From the NCBI GenBank assembly GCA_002389285.1, contig DGOF01000041.1:22194-86193 (forward strand): 64,000 bases of DNA. The letters are read 5' to 3'. The notes under the pieces are model-generated. The model saw only the letters and a program-made list of their open reading frames with translations, did no database searches and had not been told where the DNA came from. This document shows positions 43,780 through 52,823 of this stretch, piece after piece. How positions within the stretch are numbered: position 1 is the stretch's first letter; each line of letters begins with the position of its first letter. Position numbers and translations under genes: made by a program. This DNA is from Patescibacteria group bacterium UBA4473 (GTDB taxonomy: Bacteria > Patescibacteriota > Gracilibacteria > UBA4473).

Positions 43780-45768
43780 ATGAAATATTCTCAAAAAACT
43801 TCAGGCTTTGGATTAGCGCAACTCTTCTTTTGGGGAACACTTTTACTCGGTGGAGTCACACAGCAAACTTTTCTCCAAAAAGCATATTCCCCCCAACTCA
43901 AGACTCCTTCCATCGAATATGAACTGGACGCAAAAATCACAAAACGTTTGATTCAATCATCCAATCCATGCCAAAAAGAATCTGGAATTTCTAAGGTAAT
44001 TTTGAGTAATATCAATGAAGCTATTAACGCTTCCCGTGTTCGAAAAATAACACCCAAAACTGAAGGATGTATTTTTGAAGACACCCTTTATCACACTGCG
44101 GACATAAACGGTGAAGTAAAAACTTCATACCAATGTCTTTTCCCGAAAGACCAAGATCTTCAAGCCTACCTTTTAAAGTTCCAAGAAGATATCGGTCACG
44201 GTCTAGACAAAATCGATTGGCCAAAGGGAGCCAGTAATTGTTGGGGAGAAGGGCCCTCCTTCGAACAAATGAAACGCCCAGTTTCAGATAAAATTCTTCA
44301 AAATATTTCCTACCTAATTAATGCTGCCAAAAAAAATCAAGAAGCCTCGATGTCCACCCCAAAGACTCTCCTTGAACCTTCTAAAAACACCGTCGAAGTC
44401 ATGCACATACAATCTCTGAAACAAAGTAATGAAAATTACTATTTCGAGGACACTTTCGCCAATATGGAAATAGGAAAAGAGATGCGAATCACAAAATGCC
44501 TTTTTGAAAATTCTACCAATCTCGTGACTTATTTAGAGGAAAATAAAGAGAAACTTTCCGAATTCCCTGAATCACTATTCACAGAAGAAGTAGAACCTTA
44601 CGACCAATATCCGCCGCAAGCCATTCAATGCTGGGGAAATGGCTACGAAGCACTGAACGCAACCCAACATCGAGAAACGCTGGCTCAAAAATTAAAACTT
44701 ATTCCTGAACTTGGTGATTCTATTCCCTTTCGACATGACATCACTGGAATGTTTGTAGAATACGCTCCACTTGCTATATACATTGATGTTAAACATCGTT
44801 TAGATCTTCCGAAAAAACCTGGCCCACTGGGACGTCTGGAAACACAGCAAGATTTTCTTACCAGAAAATCTTTTCTTCATAGGTTTCCCCCAGGAAACTC
44901 TTGCCCGGTAGATTTTCGGGAAGACTCCCCCAAGGGCTTCTGTGAAGTCCGAGAGTATCAAGACAAAAAAGGACTTTTTGAAATGTTTATAGAACCTTCC
45001 GATCACGATATCCTAAACCTTCGATTTACTTTTTTTGTCGGAGACTTTCAATTCCGCCTCGAGGCTTTTCATCCAGATGAAAAAGCGAAAGCTCTAGGAA
45101 AGGCGCGAAGAGGTTTGATGGGCAATCTCAACAAGGAGGAGCTCTCCTTCGAAAATCTCAAGAAACTCTATGAAGCGGTAGAAAATGATTCTGAAGTAGA
45201 GACGTCTGACGATCAGGATGACTTTTATGAAGTGTTTCGTGCTTTTCAAAACACCCTTCAGTCCTCCAAAACACAAACGTATGAAAGCCTCCATGGAACC
45301 GTTTCTTTTGAAAAAATGGACTTTTGGAAATTCTATACCGAAATCAAATCCAGTCGACCACTGCAATCAGGATTCTTTCTTTTAAAAGACCCTCAAAAAA
45401 ATGCTTGTGCTGCCAAACTTTGGAGACAACACGGGATTATTGGAATGATGGGAGATGAGGACATTGACGATGATTGGGGATATGAAACGCATGAGGAACT
45501 ATTCAAAGCCCTTGAAAAAGATCCGTCTTGGTTGAAAGAAATACCCGATTTCTCACATATGACCTACGAGGGATCCGAAGTACACGGGAAAAATACTTAC
45601 CATGCTTTCTCTTTCCCCCATGGAAAAATGTATCTCAGTAAAGATTACGCCCTTGGAAATAAAACGATTCTCATTAAGGAGTTCGGCGAGCTCCCAGAGT
45701 GCCAAGAAGAACGAAAACACGTCAAGACACTCCTGCGAACACTTCACTTTGAACGAAAAGAACCTTAA
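43780..45768 (+). CDS. Large secreted or membrane-anchored hypothetical protein with a duplicated Cys-containing module
   Basis: N-terminal hydrophobic segment FGLAQLFFWGTLLLGGV. The module KxIL.NI...INA...FEDT...C.F......YL.....CWG.G appears twice (about 43987-44259 and 44281-44649). Confidence 0.6.
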   Translation: MKYSQKTSGFGLAQLFFWGTLLLGGVTQQTFLQKAYSPQLKTPSIEYELDAKITKRLIQSSNPCQKESGISKVILSNINEAINASRVRKITPKTEGCIFEDTLYHTADINGEVKTSYQCLFPKDQDLQAYLLKFQEDIGHGLDKIDWPKGASNCWGEGPSFEQMKRPVSDKILQNISYLINAAKKNQEASMSTPKTLLEPSKNTVEVMHIQSLKQSNENYYFEDTFANMEIGKEMRITKCLFENSTNLVTYLEENKEKLSEFPESLFTEEVEPYDQYPPQAIQCWGNGYEALNATQHRETLAQKLKLIPELGDSIPFRHDITGMFVEYAPLAIYIDVKHRLDLPKKPGPLGRLETQQDFLTRKSFLHRFPPGNSCPVDFREDSPKGFCEVREYQDKKGLFEMFIEPSDHDILNLRFTFFVGDFQFRLEAFHPDEKAKALGKARRGLMGNLNKEELSFENLKKLYEAVENDSEVETSDDQDDFYEVFRAFQNTLQSSKTQTYESLHGTVSFEKMDFWKFYTEIKSSRPLQSGFFLLKDPQKNACAAKLWRQHGIIGMMGDEDIDDDWGYETHEELFKALEKDPSWLKEIPDFSHMTYEGSEVHGKNTYHAFSFPHGKMYLSKDYALGNKTILIKEFGELPECQEERKHVKTLLRTLHFERKEP

Positions 45769-45797
45769 AGACTTCCTCCAAACCGACTTTTTTTGTT

Positions 45798-46670
45798 TCA
45801 AACCCCAATCTTCCACACCCCTTTTTCCCAAAAAGCTTCAATCGTCTGACGCTTGGCTTTGTTTAATAGATTCGGATACGACAGCTTCTCTCTTTTTGCA
45901 TAGTCCGAAAGCTTTATAATTTCTTTGCCTTCCAGATAGGCCAATCTTTTGTGATAACTATTACAAAGCGCACGCCCCACAATTTCCTCCATGATTTTTA
46001 CATCTCCTTTTTCATTAAAATTACGAAAGGCCTCATAGTATGTAGCCCGATCAATAAACTTAATATTCATTGGCACATGACCTTCTTTGATCAATAAATA
46101 ATTATTTAAAACACGCCCGATCCGACCATTTCCATCCATAAAAGGATGAATCTGCTCAAACCCCAGATGAAACAGCGCAATACGAGAGATCACACTCTCG
46201 GTCCCCGATGTCTTATAAACAATAAGCACTTCTTCAAGCTGAGAAACAATCTGCTGTGGATCCACCGCAATATGACTCCCAACCCGCACCCATTCGCCCT
46301 CCTTCCGGAACCGACCGGCAATTTCATCCTGAATATTTTGGATCAACATCTTATGAAGCAGGCAGATAGTCTCTAAAGAAAATTCAAGAACGCCTGATTT
46401 TGTATTAATATAATCCACCACCCGCGCTAGATTTTTTGCTTCAAAAAGCTCTCGCTCATTCACAAAACGGTTCAGATCAACTTTCTGCAAAATTTTATCC
46501 GTTTCTTCCAGACTCAACGTACTATTCTCAATCGCATTCGAATTATACACCTGCTCAGAAACCTCCGCTTCATTGATCATTTCTAACAAAGCGCCTTTTC
46601 CTAAGGCCGCCCGATGAAATCGAGACTGTAAATCTTGAATGTGCTGAAAAACATGAAAAACCTTACTCAT
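45798..46670 (-). CDS. Fic-domain protein (probable AMPylase) with an intramolecular inhibitory helix
   Basis: Canonical Fic motif HPFMDGNGRIGR. Upstream SNAIEN fits the inhibitory (S/T)xxxE(G/N) motif. The ATG at 46670 is preferred over the GTG at 46676. Confidence 0.85.
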   Translation of the reverse strand: MSKVFHVFQHIQDLQSRFHRAALGKGALLEMINEAEVSEQVYNSNAIENSTLSLEETDKILQKVDLNRFVNERELFEAKNLARVVDYINTKSGVLEFSLETICLLHKMLIQNIQDEIAGRFRKEGEWVRVGSHIAVDPQQIVSQLEEVLIVYKTSGTESVISRIALFHLGFEQIHPFMDGNGRIGRVLNNYLLIKEGHVPMNIKFIDRATYYEAFRNFNEKGDVKIMEEIVGRALCNSYHKRLAYLEGKEIIKLSDYAKREKLSYPNLLNKAKRQTIEAFWEKGVWKIGV

Positions 46671-46772
46671 GACCACATCTTATCAATTTTTTAACACTTA
46701 TGCAAGCAAAAGCGTTAAAAAAAACAAATAAACATATATTTTAACGATTTTGGGTGCAAAAACATTATTCAT

Positions 46773-46780
46773 TGTATAAT
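46773..46780 (+). promoter_or_regulatory. Extended -10 element TGTATAAT upstream of hisS
   Basis: TG-n-TATAAT at 46773-46780, about 28 nt before the ATG at 46808. No good -35 was seen. Confidence 0.35.
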
Positions 46781-46807
46781 ATGCAGGGTCTATTAAAATA
46801 TATCCTG

Positions 46808-48145
46808 ATGAGTAAATCTAAATACAATACATCCTGTCCGTCTGGATTCCCAGAGTTTGGTCCCGCTGAAGAACGCATCCAGACCCAATGGTTAAGCATC
46901 ATTCAAGAAACCTTTAGCACAAATGGCTTCTTACCGGTCAATACGCCCCTGGTCGAACGCGAAGAAAATCTCCTCGGTAAAGGCGGAAACCCCAAAGAAA
47001 TGTATGTCTTAAAAAGACTGCTCGACCAAGACGATAATCAATCACATACCGGAAACGCCCTGCGATTTGACCTCACGGTGCCACTCGCTCTTTATGTAGC
47101 GAGACATTTTTCGGAGCTCACATTTCCTTTCAAACGCTATGCCATCGGCCCTGTGTTCCGTGGAGAACGCCCCCAAAAAGGACGATTTCGACAATTTACC
47201 CAGTGCGATATAGACATCATTGGATCGGAAAAACTGTCTTTTCTTAATGACGCCCAAGTCGTCAGCGTGATCATTCAACTCTTTGAAAAATTAAATATTG
47301 GAAAATTCGTCGTACGCCTTAATAACCGAAAAATACTCACGGGTCTTTTCGCGGATTTAAAAATTCCAGAAGATCTCATAAAACCAACCTTATCGGCGGT
47401 CGATGACTTGGAAAAAATCGGCGAAGAAGGTGTTGAGGACGCCATGAAGCTCCTCGGCCTAGATAAAGCCCAAATCCACAGCATCCTCAGCTTTACGCGC
47501 CTGAAGGGCGACAGCGAAACAATGCTTCAAAAACTTGAGAAATTCCACAGCCATGAAACCTTTACCCAAGGCGTAGAAGAAATGCGTACCGTACTGCAGG
47601 GACTTTCTGACATGGAGGTCAATCCGACACGCTACCAGCTCGACTTCTCTATTGCCCGAGGATTGGATTACTACACGGGGACTGTTTACGAAACCAAACT
47701 TGTCGGCCACTCCAAACTCGGATCTATTTGCTCCGGCGGACGCTATGACGACCTGGCGGAAGTCTTTACCGGACGTAAACTTCCGGGCGTAGGCATCTCG
47801 ATCGGATTAACCCGCCTGCTCTCTCAGCTTTTTGCTGAAGGTATCATCAAACCCGATCGAGCCTCTCCCTCAGAAATCCTCATCATTGCTACCAGCAAAA
47901 ATGAAATGTCCACCAGTCTCAAGCTCGGCCAAGAGTTACGCAACCAAGGCGTTCACGCTGAAAATTATCTCGAAGATAAAAAACTCTCCAAACAATTTGA
48001 TTACGCGGACAAACTCGGCATCCCGATCTGTCTGATCCTGGGAGAAAACGAAGTTAAAAACAAAACCCTGACGATCAAAAATATGAAATCAGGGGAACAA
48101 AAAGAAATCCCTCAAAGTGAAATATTCAAAGCGCTCAACGCTTGA
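46808..48145 (+). CDS. hisS: Histidine--tRNA ligase
   Basis: Class II motifs: FRGERPQKGRFRQFTQCDIDIIG, LARGLDYYTGTVYE, GGRYDDL. C-terminal anticodon-binding domain. Confidence 0.9.
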   Translation: MSKSKYNTSCPSGFPEFGPAEERIQTQWLSIIQETFSTNGFLPVNTPLVEREENLLGKGGNPKEMYVLKRLLDQDDNQSHTGNALRFDLTVPLALYVARHFSELTFPFKRYAIGPVFRGERPQKGRFRQFTQCDIDIIGSEKLSFLNDAQVVSVIIQLFEKLNIGKFVVRLNNRKILTGLFADLKIPEDLIKPTLSAVDDLEKIGEEGVEDAMKLLGLDKAQIHSILSFTRLKGDSETMLQKLEKFHSHETFTQGVEEMRTVLQGLSDMEVNPTRYQLDFSIARGLDYYTGTVYETKLVGHSKLGSICSGGRYDDLAEVFTGRKLPGVGISIGLTRLLSQLFAEGIIKPDRASPSEILIIATSKNEMSTSLKLGQELRNQGVHAENYLEDKKLSKQFDYADKLGIPICLILGENEVKNKTLTIKNMKSGEQKEIPQSEIFKALNA

Positions 48146-48165
48146 TAAAAAAACTGAGAAATAAT

Positions 48166-48384
48166 ATGTTAAAAACGATGATAGAACCCTACACCGTAAT
48201 CATGGAACAAGGAGAAGATGGCTATATCATTGGCAGTGTCGTTGAATTTACTGGGTGTCGAACACAAGCCAAGACAAAAAAAGAACTCATGAAGAGAATG
48301 GCCGAGGCCGTGACTCTTTTTCAAGAAGAAGAGGCCCCTATGACCAAATTTCTTGGCATTCATCAACTTGAAATTCCCGCATGA
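48166..48384 (+). CDS. hicB: HicB-family antitoxin (short form, no obvious DNA-binding domain)
   Basis: YTVIMEQGEDGYIIGSVVEFTGCRTQAKTKKELMKRMAEAV is the HicB/UPF0150 fold pattern. ATGA overlap with hicA. Confidence 0.7.
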   Translation: MLKTMIEPYTVIMEQGEDGYIIGSVVEFTGCRTQAKTKKELMKRMAEAVTLFQEEEAPMTKFLGIHQLEIPA

Positions 48385-48608
48385 GTAAGTTGCCGCTGCT
48401 TTCAGCGAAACAACTCATTAAAATACTGAAAAAAATGAGCTTTACGCTCAAACGACAAAAAGGAAGTCATGCTTTTTTTGAACATCCAGATGGAAGAACC
48501 ACTCTCGTCGCCTGTCACCAAGGAGAAGTCATCGACCGAGGGCTTCTGAATAAAATTATCAAACACGATCTCAAGATAACCCGTGAAGATTTTATCAACT
48601 ACACATGA
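48381..48608 (+). CDS. hicA: HicA-family mRNA interferase toxin
   Basis: SAKQLIKILKKMSFTLKRQKGSHAFFEHPDGRTTLVACH has the HicA/YcfA dsRBD-like pattern with the conserved GSH. Confidence 0.8.
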   Translation: MSKLPLLSAKQLIKILKKMSFTLKRQKGSHAFFEHPDGRTTLVACHQGEVIDRGLLNKIIKHDLKITREDFINYT

Positions 48609-49135
48609 AACCCTTCAAAATCCTCTCTCGTGAGAAAATTTTAGACAATCCCTATTGTCCCATCGAGAAACAAATCGTAGAGCTCACCACCGGCGACAAA
48701 GCCGAGTGGTTCGTAAACAAGGCTTCGGATGCGGTCATCATCATTCCGGTTTTAAAAACCGGCGAAGTTTTACTGCAAAAAAATTACAAACATGGCTCCG
48801 GAAAAATTGTCACCGAATTTTGCGCCGGCATGATCGACCCAGGCGAAACGCCCGAACAAGCCGCCCCGCGAGAACTTTTAGAAGAGACAGGCCACACCGC
48901 CGAAAGCTTCACCAAACTCGGCGAAGTTTTTGCCAATCCCACCGGATCCAGCATGAAATATCACTTTTTTCGAGCTGAAAATTGCGAAAAATCAGGCAAC
49001 CAAAGCTTAGATGAAGCCGAACAAATTGAAGTTTTTAGTGTTAAAAATATCGCCGAAGCGAGAAAATTGCTGACTGATTCTGAAACACATACATCCGCTG
49101 GAACACTGGCCGTTATGGGCTTCATGCCCTCTTAG
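48605..49135 (+). CDS. Nudix hydrolase (ADP-ribose pyrophosphatase-like)
   Basis: Nudix box GMIDPGETPEQAAPRELLEETGH. 176 aa. ATGA overlap with hicA. Confidence 0.85.
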   Translation: MKPFKILSREKILDNPYCPIEKQIVELTTGDKAEWFVNKASDAVIIIPVLKTGEVLLQKNYKHGSGKIVTEFCAGMIDPGETPEQAAPRELLEETGHTAESFTKLGEVFANPTGSSMKYHFFRAENCEKSGNQSLDEAEQIEVFSVKNIAEARKLLTDSETHTSAGTLAVMGFMPS

Positions 49136-49176
49136 TCACATTTGACAAAATCTGCGATAAGAATAAAAAGGGACAA

Positions 49177-50274
49177 ATGAAGAAATTACAATTGAGTGAC
49201 TTCAGAACAGAAACACTCACCCAAGAAGAGACCGTCGAAACACACGATAAAACCTCCTGTGTTTTTCGTGTGCCTTCTCACCTCGAAGGGAAATTGTGTG
49301 CCTTTACACAGAAATATTATCACCAAAAACCTCGATCTCGCAAAGAACGTCTCGGGTCGCAACTTCCTCGTGTAAATGTTTCTGCTGGCCTAGATTCTCC
49401 GGGAGGATTGGGTGGAATGAGTAACGAACTTCCTATCCCCTGCAGGAGAGAGATCCCAAAAAGAAAATCCAGAACCATGACAATGAGGATGCCCGAAATC
49501 CAAGAAGGAGAAACGCTCTCACTGACCTGCAAGTTTAATGCAGCGAGAGATCACACAGGAGAATTTAATCATCAGTATTCAATACAAGAAGTTGCCCCGG
49601 AAGACTCTGAAGTACAAACCTTTCAAGGATCCAGAAATGGAGATCCTATCTCGGTGCAGGGCACTCCAGAAGAAGCCTCCCTCTTTCTACTCACCCGAGA
49701 AGGACGCGGGGCAAATCTGCCACAGGTGCCTAAGATAGCCGCCGATGCCAACGGTCTTTTTCTCTTCACTCCGGAAGATACAGACACTCCATTGCAACTG
49801 GAAAAACCTCTCTACACATTTGATGCCACCCATCACTCCTGGGACACGGTAAATCAAGAAGCGGCCCTGACCACGGAAGAAGTCATACAAAAAACACAAG
49901 CCAGAATCAATCACATTCTTGAACACGCGCCAGAAATACAACCCCGAACCTTTGAATATGCTTATTATTTCCCGGATACTGACCGAGAGGATCCCTCTTA
50001 CGAAGACAGTAGGCAGGACAAAGGTCTCTCTTGGAAGCTTCAATCGATCGGTCTCCACGGACAAGATGGAAAATTAACCGTTTCTATTCCCGAACGTTTT
50101 GCCGGATCAAAAGCAGAAATTCTTCTCGACGGAAAAATAATTGAGAGATTTGATGTACCGCTGCAGTTAGGAATGACCAATGTAGAAAAAACAGTACGTC
50201 CCAAATCAATGAAAGAAGGAACACTAAGCATTCGTTTCACTCAAAACGAAGCGTCTGAAACGAAAGAGTTGTAG
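49177..50274 (+). CDS. Hypothetical cytoplasmic protein, paralogue A (365 aa)
   Basis: No signal peptide. Shares I[LN]..ILE[HK]AP[EV]IQ.R.F and LTV[SN][IV]PERF[AS]GS blocks with the next gene. Confidence 0.6.
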   Translation: MKKLQLSDFRTETLTQEETVETHDKTSCVFRVPSHLEGKLCAFTQKYYHQKPRSRKERLGSQLPRVNVSAGLDSPGGLGGMSNELPIPCRREIPKRKSRTMTMRMPEIQEGETLSLTCKFNAARDHTGEFNHQYSIQEVAPEDSEVQTFQGSRNGDPISVQGTPEEASLFLLTREGRGANLPQVPKIAADANGLFLFTPEDTDTPLQLEKPLYTFDATHHSWDTVNQEAALTTEEVIQKTQARINHILEHAPEIQPRTFEYAYYFPDTDREDPSYEDSRQDKGLSWKLQSIGLHGQDGKLTVSIPERFAGSKAEILLDGKIIERFDVPLQLGMTNVEKTVRPKSMKEGTLSIRFTQNEASETKEL

Positions 50275-50361
50275 ACATTTAAGACTCTTCGAATCAACAA
50301 AAAGTTATTGATTGATGAGAAGGTATGTTGAGAAAGTAAGAAAAAAAGGTAAAAAGGTGTA

Positions 50362-51825
50362 ATGAAAAATACGATGACCCAGGTCTCCGAACAATTCCCC
50401 TCCAAAATAATCTTTGCGGGAGATGCTTGCTATTCACAGTATGAAGGCTATGCCGATCAAACAATCCAGGAAGCACTGAGCTTCGAACAATCCCCTGAAA
50501 ACAAAGGATTTTCCTTTGACGTGCCCCCGGAATATCGAGGGCATATTTGCACGGTAACGATAAGTTATTCCATTCGAACGGGCACCAACAGATATTACAG
50601 CGGAACCTCTCCCACAAACGCCAGTAAGTATGACGAAAAATTTGAACCTATCTACACACGGCACCAATATAAAATTAAACTGCCTATTCCAAAGATTCCC
50701 GCAGAAGAATCACTTCGCGCTCAAGTACAATATGAAGATCCGGAACAAGCGACCGGAATGCCAACACACCAAGTAAAAGATTACAATTTCTGCATAGGGT
50801 TCACGCCCGTATCAGAAGTACCTGTGGAATATTATAAGGGAGAATTATCTGGAGAAGAAGCCTTTATCAAAGCACCTCAGGGCACCTTAGGCCTACTGAA
50901 TTCAAATTATATATTTTTTACTTCTGAAAAAGGACAAACCTATAGGCACACAAGCCCCGATATCAAGCTTGAATCAGATGAGAATTGCCAAACTTTAATT
51001 CTGACCGATCCAAAAACTCCTTTTCAACAAGACGACATCTCTGAAAAAACGATCGAAGAAAATCCAGAGATACCCCTCCTGGATCTCACCAACCCCGAAA
51101 ACATGGAGCAAGCGTGGAAAAAAAAAGATCGGGATGCCTTCCCAATGGATCTTTTTATACAGAACGCCGAGAGGATTCGAGCCATTCTTGAGAAAGCCCC
51201 TGTGATTCAAAAACGAATCTTCCTTGTTCCAGCTCACCCAACAACCTCACTCCAAAATGGCTTTAACACAGATATTGTCACCTATAAGAATCGATCCCAA
51301 GAACTTGTAACATCCCTTACCGTCAATGTTCCTGAACGATTCAGTGGTTCGGCCTGCCTGATCAAAGAAACTCGAACCGGTCGAATACGAAAACAATTAC
51401 GCATCCCATTCAATCCCTGTGGGTATCACAAAGAAAAGTATGAATTTAAAAAGGTATATCCGGACAGCGACCTATCCATTGAGTTTCCGATCAATCCTCC
51501 TACAAAATTTTTCCAAACAACCGACCCAAACACCTGGATCGAAATTTTTCCTCCCGACAAACTAATTCTTACGCACCTCTATCCCGAAGGCCCCCGATTA
51601 GAAAAAGGCGCTCGCGGTAAAGATCAGGCTCCTGAAGGAGCAAATATCTTACACGCAACTGATTTCAAGGCTATCACCGCCGCTTGGCATGCCGAAAAAA
51701 ATCCAAATACTATTGCCCAGTACCAAGAGGTTTTATCAAATCCAGAAGCAACCTCTCCTCTCGAAAAAGAAACCGCTCTTCGTGTATTAAGCCTCTTAGA
51801 ACAAGTTCCATGCCACGCAACCTAG
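50362..51825 (+). CDS. Hypothetical cytoplasmic protein, paralogue B (487 aa)
   Basis: Shares the blocks listed for 49177-50274. Its 3' end overlaps the kinase start by 16 nt. Confidence 0.6.
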   Translation: MKNTMTQVSEQFPSKIIFAGDACYSQYEGYADQTIQEALSFEQSPENKGFSFDVPPEYRGHICTVTISYSIRTGTNRYYSGTSPTNASKYDEKFEPIYTRHQYKIKLPIPKIPAEESLRAQVQYEDPEQATGMPTHQVKDYNFCIGFTPVSEVPVEYYKGELSGEEAFIKAPQGTLGLLNSNYIFFTSEKGQTYRHTSPDIKLESDENCQTLILTDPKTPFQQDDISEKTIEENPEIPLLDLTNPENMEQAWKKKDRDAFPMDLFIQNAERIRAILEKAPVIQKRIFLVPAHPTTSLQNGFNTDIVTYKNRSQELVTSLTVNVPERFSGSACLIKETRTGRIRKQLRIPFNPCGYHKEKYEFKKVYPDSDLSIEFPINPPTKFFQTTDPNTWIEIFPPDKLILTHLYPEGPRLEKGARGKDQAPEGANILHATDFKAITAAWHAEKNPNTIAQYQEVLSNPEATSPLEKETALRVLSLLEQVPCHAT

Positions 51826-52823
51826 AAAACGACGATCAACTCCTACGAGTAAATCCACTCCGAATCCATCGAACACAGAAGGCCTCTGATCCCATTACCT
51901 ATGTGGATCTTATGAGTGACCCAAAAGGCGAAAAGTTTGTTATTCGCAAAGGCATGACCATGGGAGAACGGCCTCTTGAGAAGGAACGTCTGGATCAATT
52001 CGAACAAGAATTCAATACCACACAAGAAATGGGGGGGCTGACATCACACGTTCCCTATGCCTGGGACTTAAGAATAAACCAAAATCAATCAGAGATTTCT
52101 TTCCTCTGTGATCATATCAAAGGACATTCTCTCGAACAGATTATAGAAAACGGACCATTACCAATCGCATACATCCGACAGGTAAGTTTACGCGTTGCTG
52201 AAGCACTGAGGATTACGCACCAACACGATATTATCCATCGAGACATCAAGCCCGGAAATATTATGATTACCCATGAAGGTGAAAGTCCTCATGTACACCT
52301 GCTCGACTGGGGCGCTGCCTGCGAGTACCCAACAACAGATCCTATAAAACCCTATGGAACCCCCGCCTACTTAGCCCCCGAAGCCATCCAACAAGATGAT
52401 GAAAGAAAACTCAACTCAGATGTGATTACCCCTGCCGTTGATGTGTATGCCCTGGGCATTTTAATCTACAAAATGCTCACCCAAGATCTTCCTTTTGGCG
52501 CCCAGGACTTTTTGAAGTCAGCTAAAACCAAAAAGAATCCCTGGCCTTTTTCTTATTTTGGATTTGAATACCCCGCAGAACTTCAACGCGTGATCTTTAA
52601 AGCCATTCATAAACATCAAGATACCCGATACAAGACCGTTCAAGGATTTAAGAAAGCGCTTGGTAATGCATTTGCACCTATCGCAAAGAATCCCTCCAAA
52701 ACGATTAACGATTTCAGAAGAATTGAAGATGAAGGACCCTCTCTCTCAGATCTCGAAGACATAGAATTCCTTGACGAGGATGAATACAAAGCCACTTTAG
52801 CCGCAGCCGCTCGAGGCGAATAA
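51810..52823 (+). CDS. Hanks-type Ser/Thr protein kinase-like protein, atypical (no Gly-rich loop, DWG instead of DFG)
   Basis: IIHRDIKPGNIM, LLDWGAA, GTPAYLAPEA and VDVYALGILIYKMLT are present. No GxGxxG lies upstream of FVIRK. No TM or sensor domain. Confidence 0.8.
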   Translation: MPRNLENDDQLLRVNPLRIHRTQKASDPITYVDLMSDPKGEKFVIRKGMTMGERPLEKERLDQFEQEFNTTQEMGGLTSHVPYAWDLRINQNQSEISFLCDHIKGHSLEQIIENGPLPIAYIRQVSLRVAEALRITHQHDIIHRDIKPGNIMITHEGESPHVHLLDWGAACEYPTTDPIKPYGTPAYLAPEAIQQDDERKLNSDVITPAVDVYALGILIYKMLTQDLPFGAQDFLKSAKTKKNPWPFSYFGFEYPAELQRVIFKAIHKHQDTRYKTVQGFKKALGNAFAPIAKNPSKTINDFRRIEDEGPSLSDLEDIEFLDEDEYKATLAAAARGE

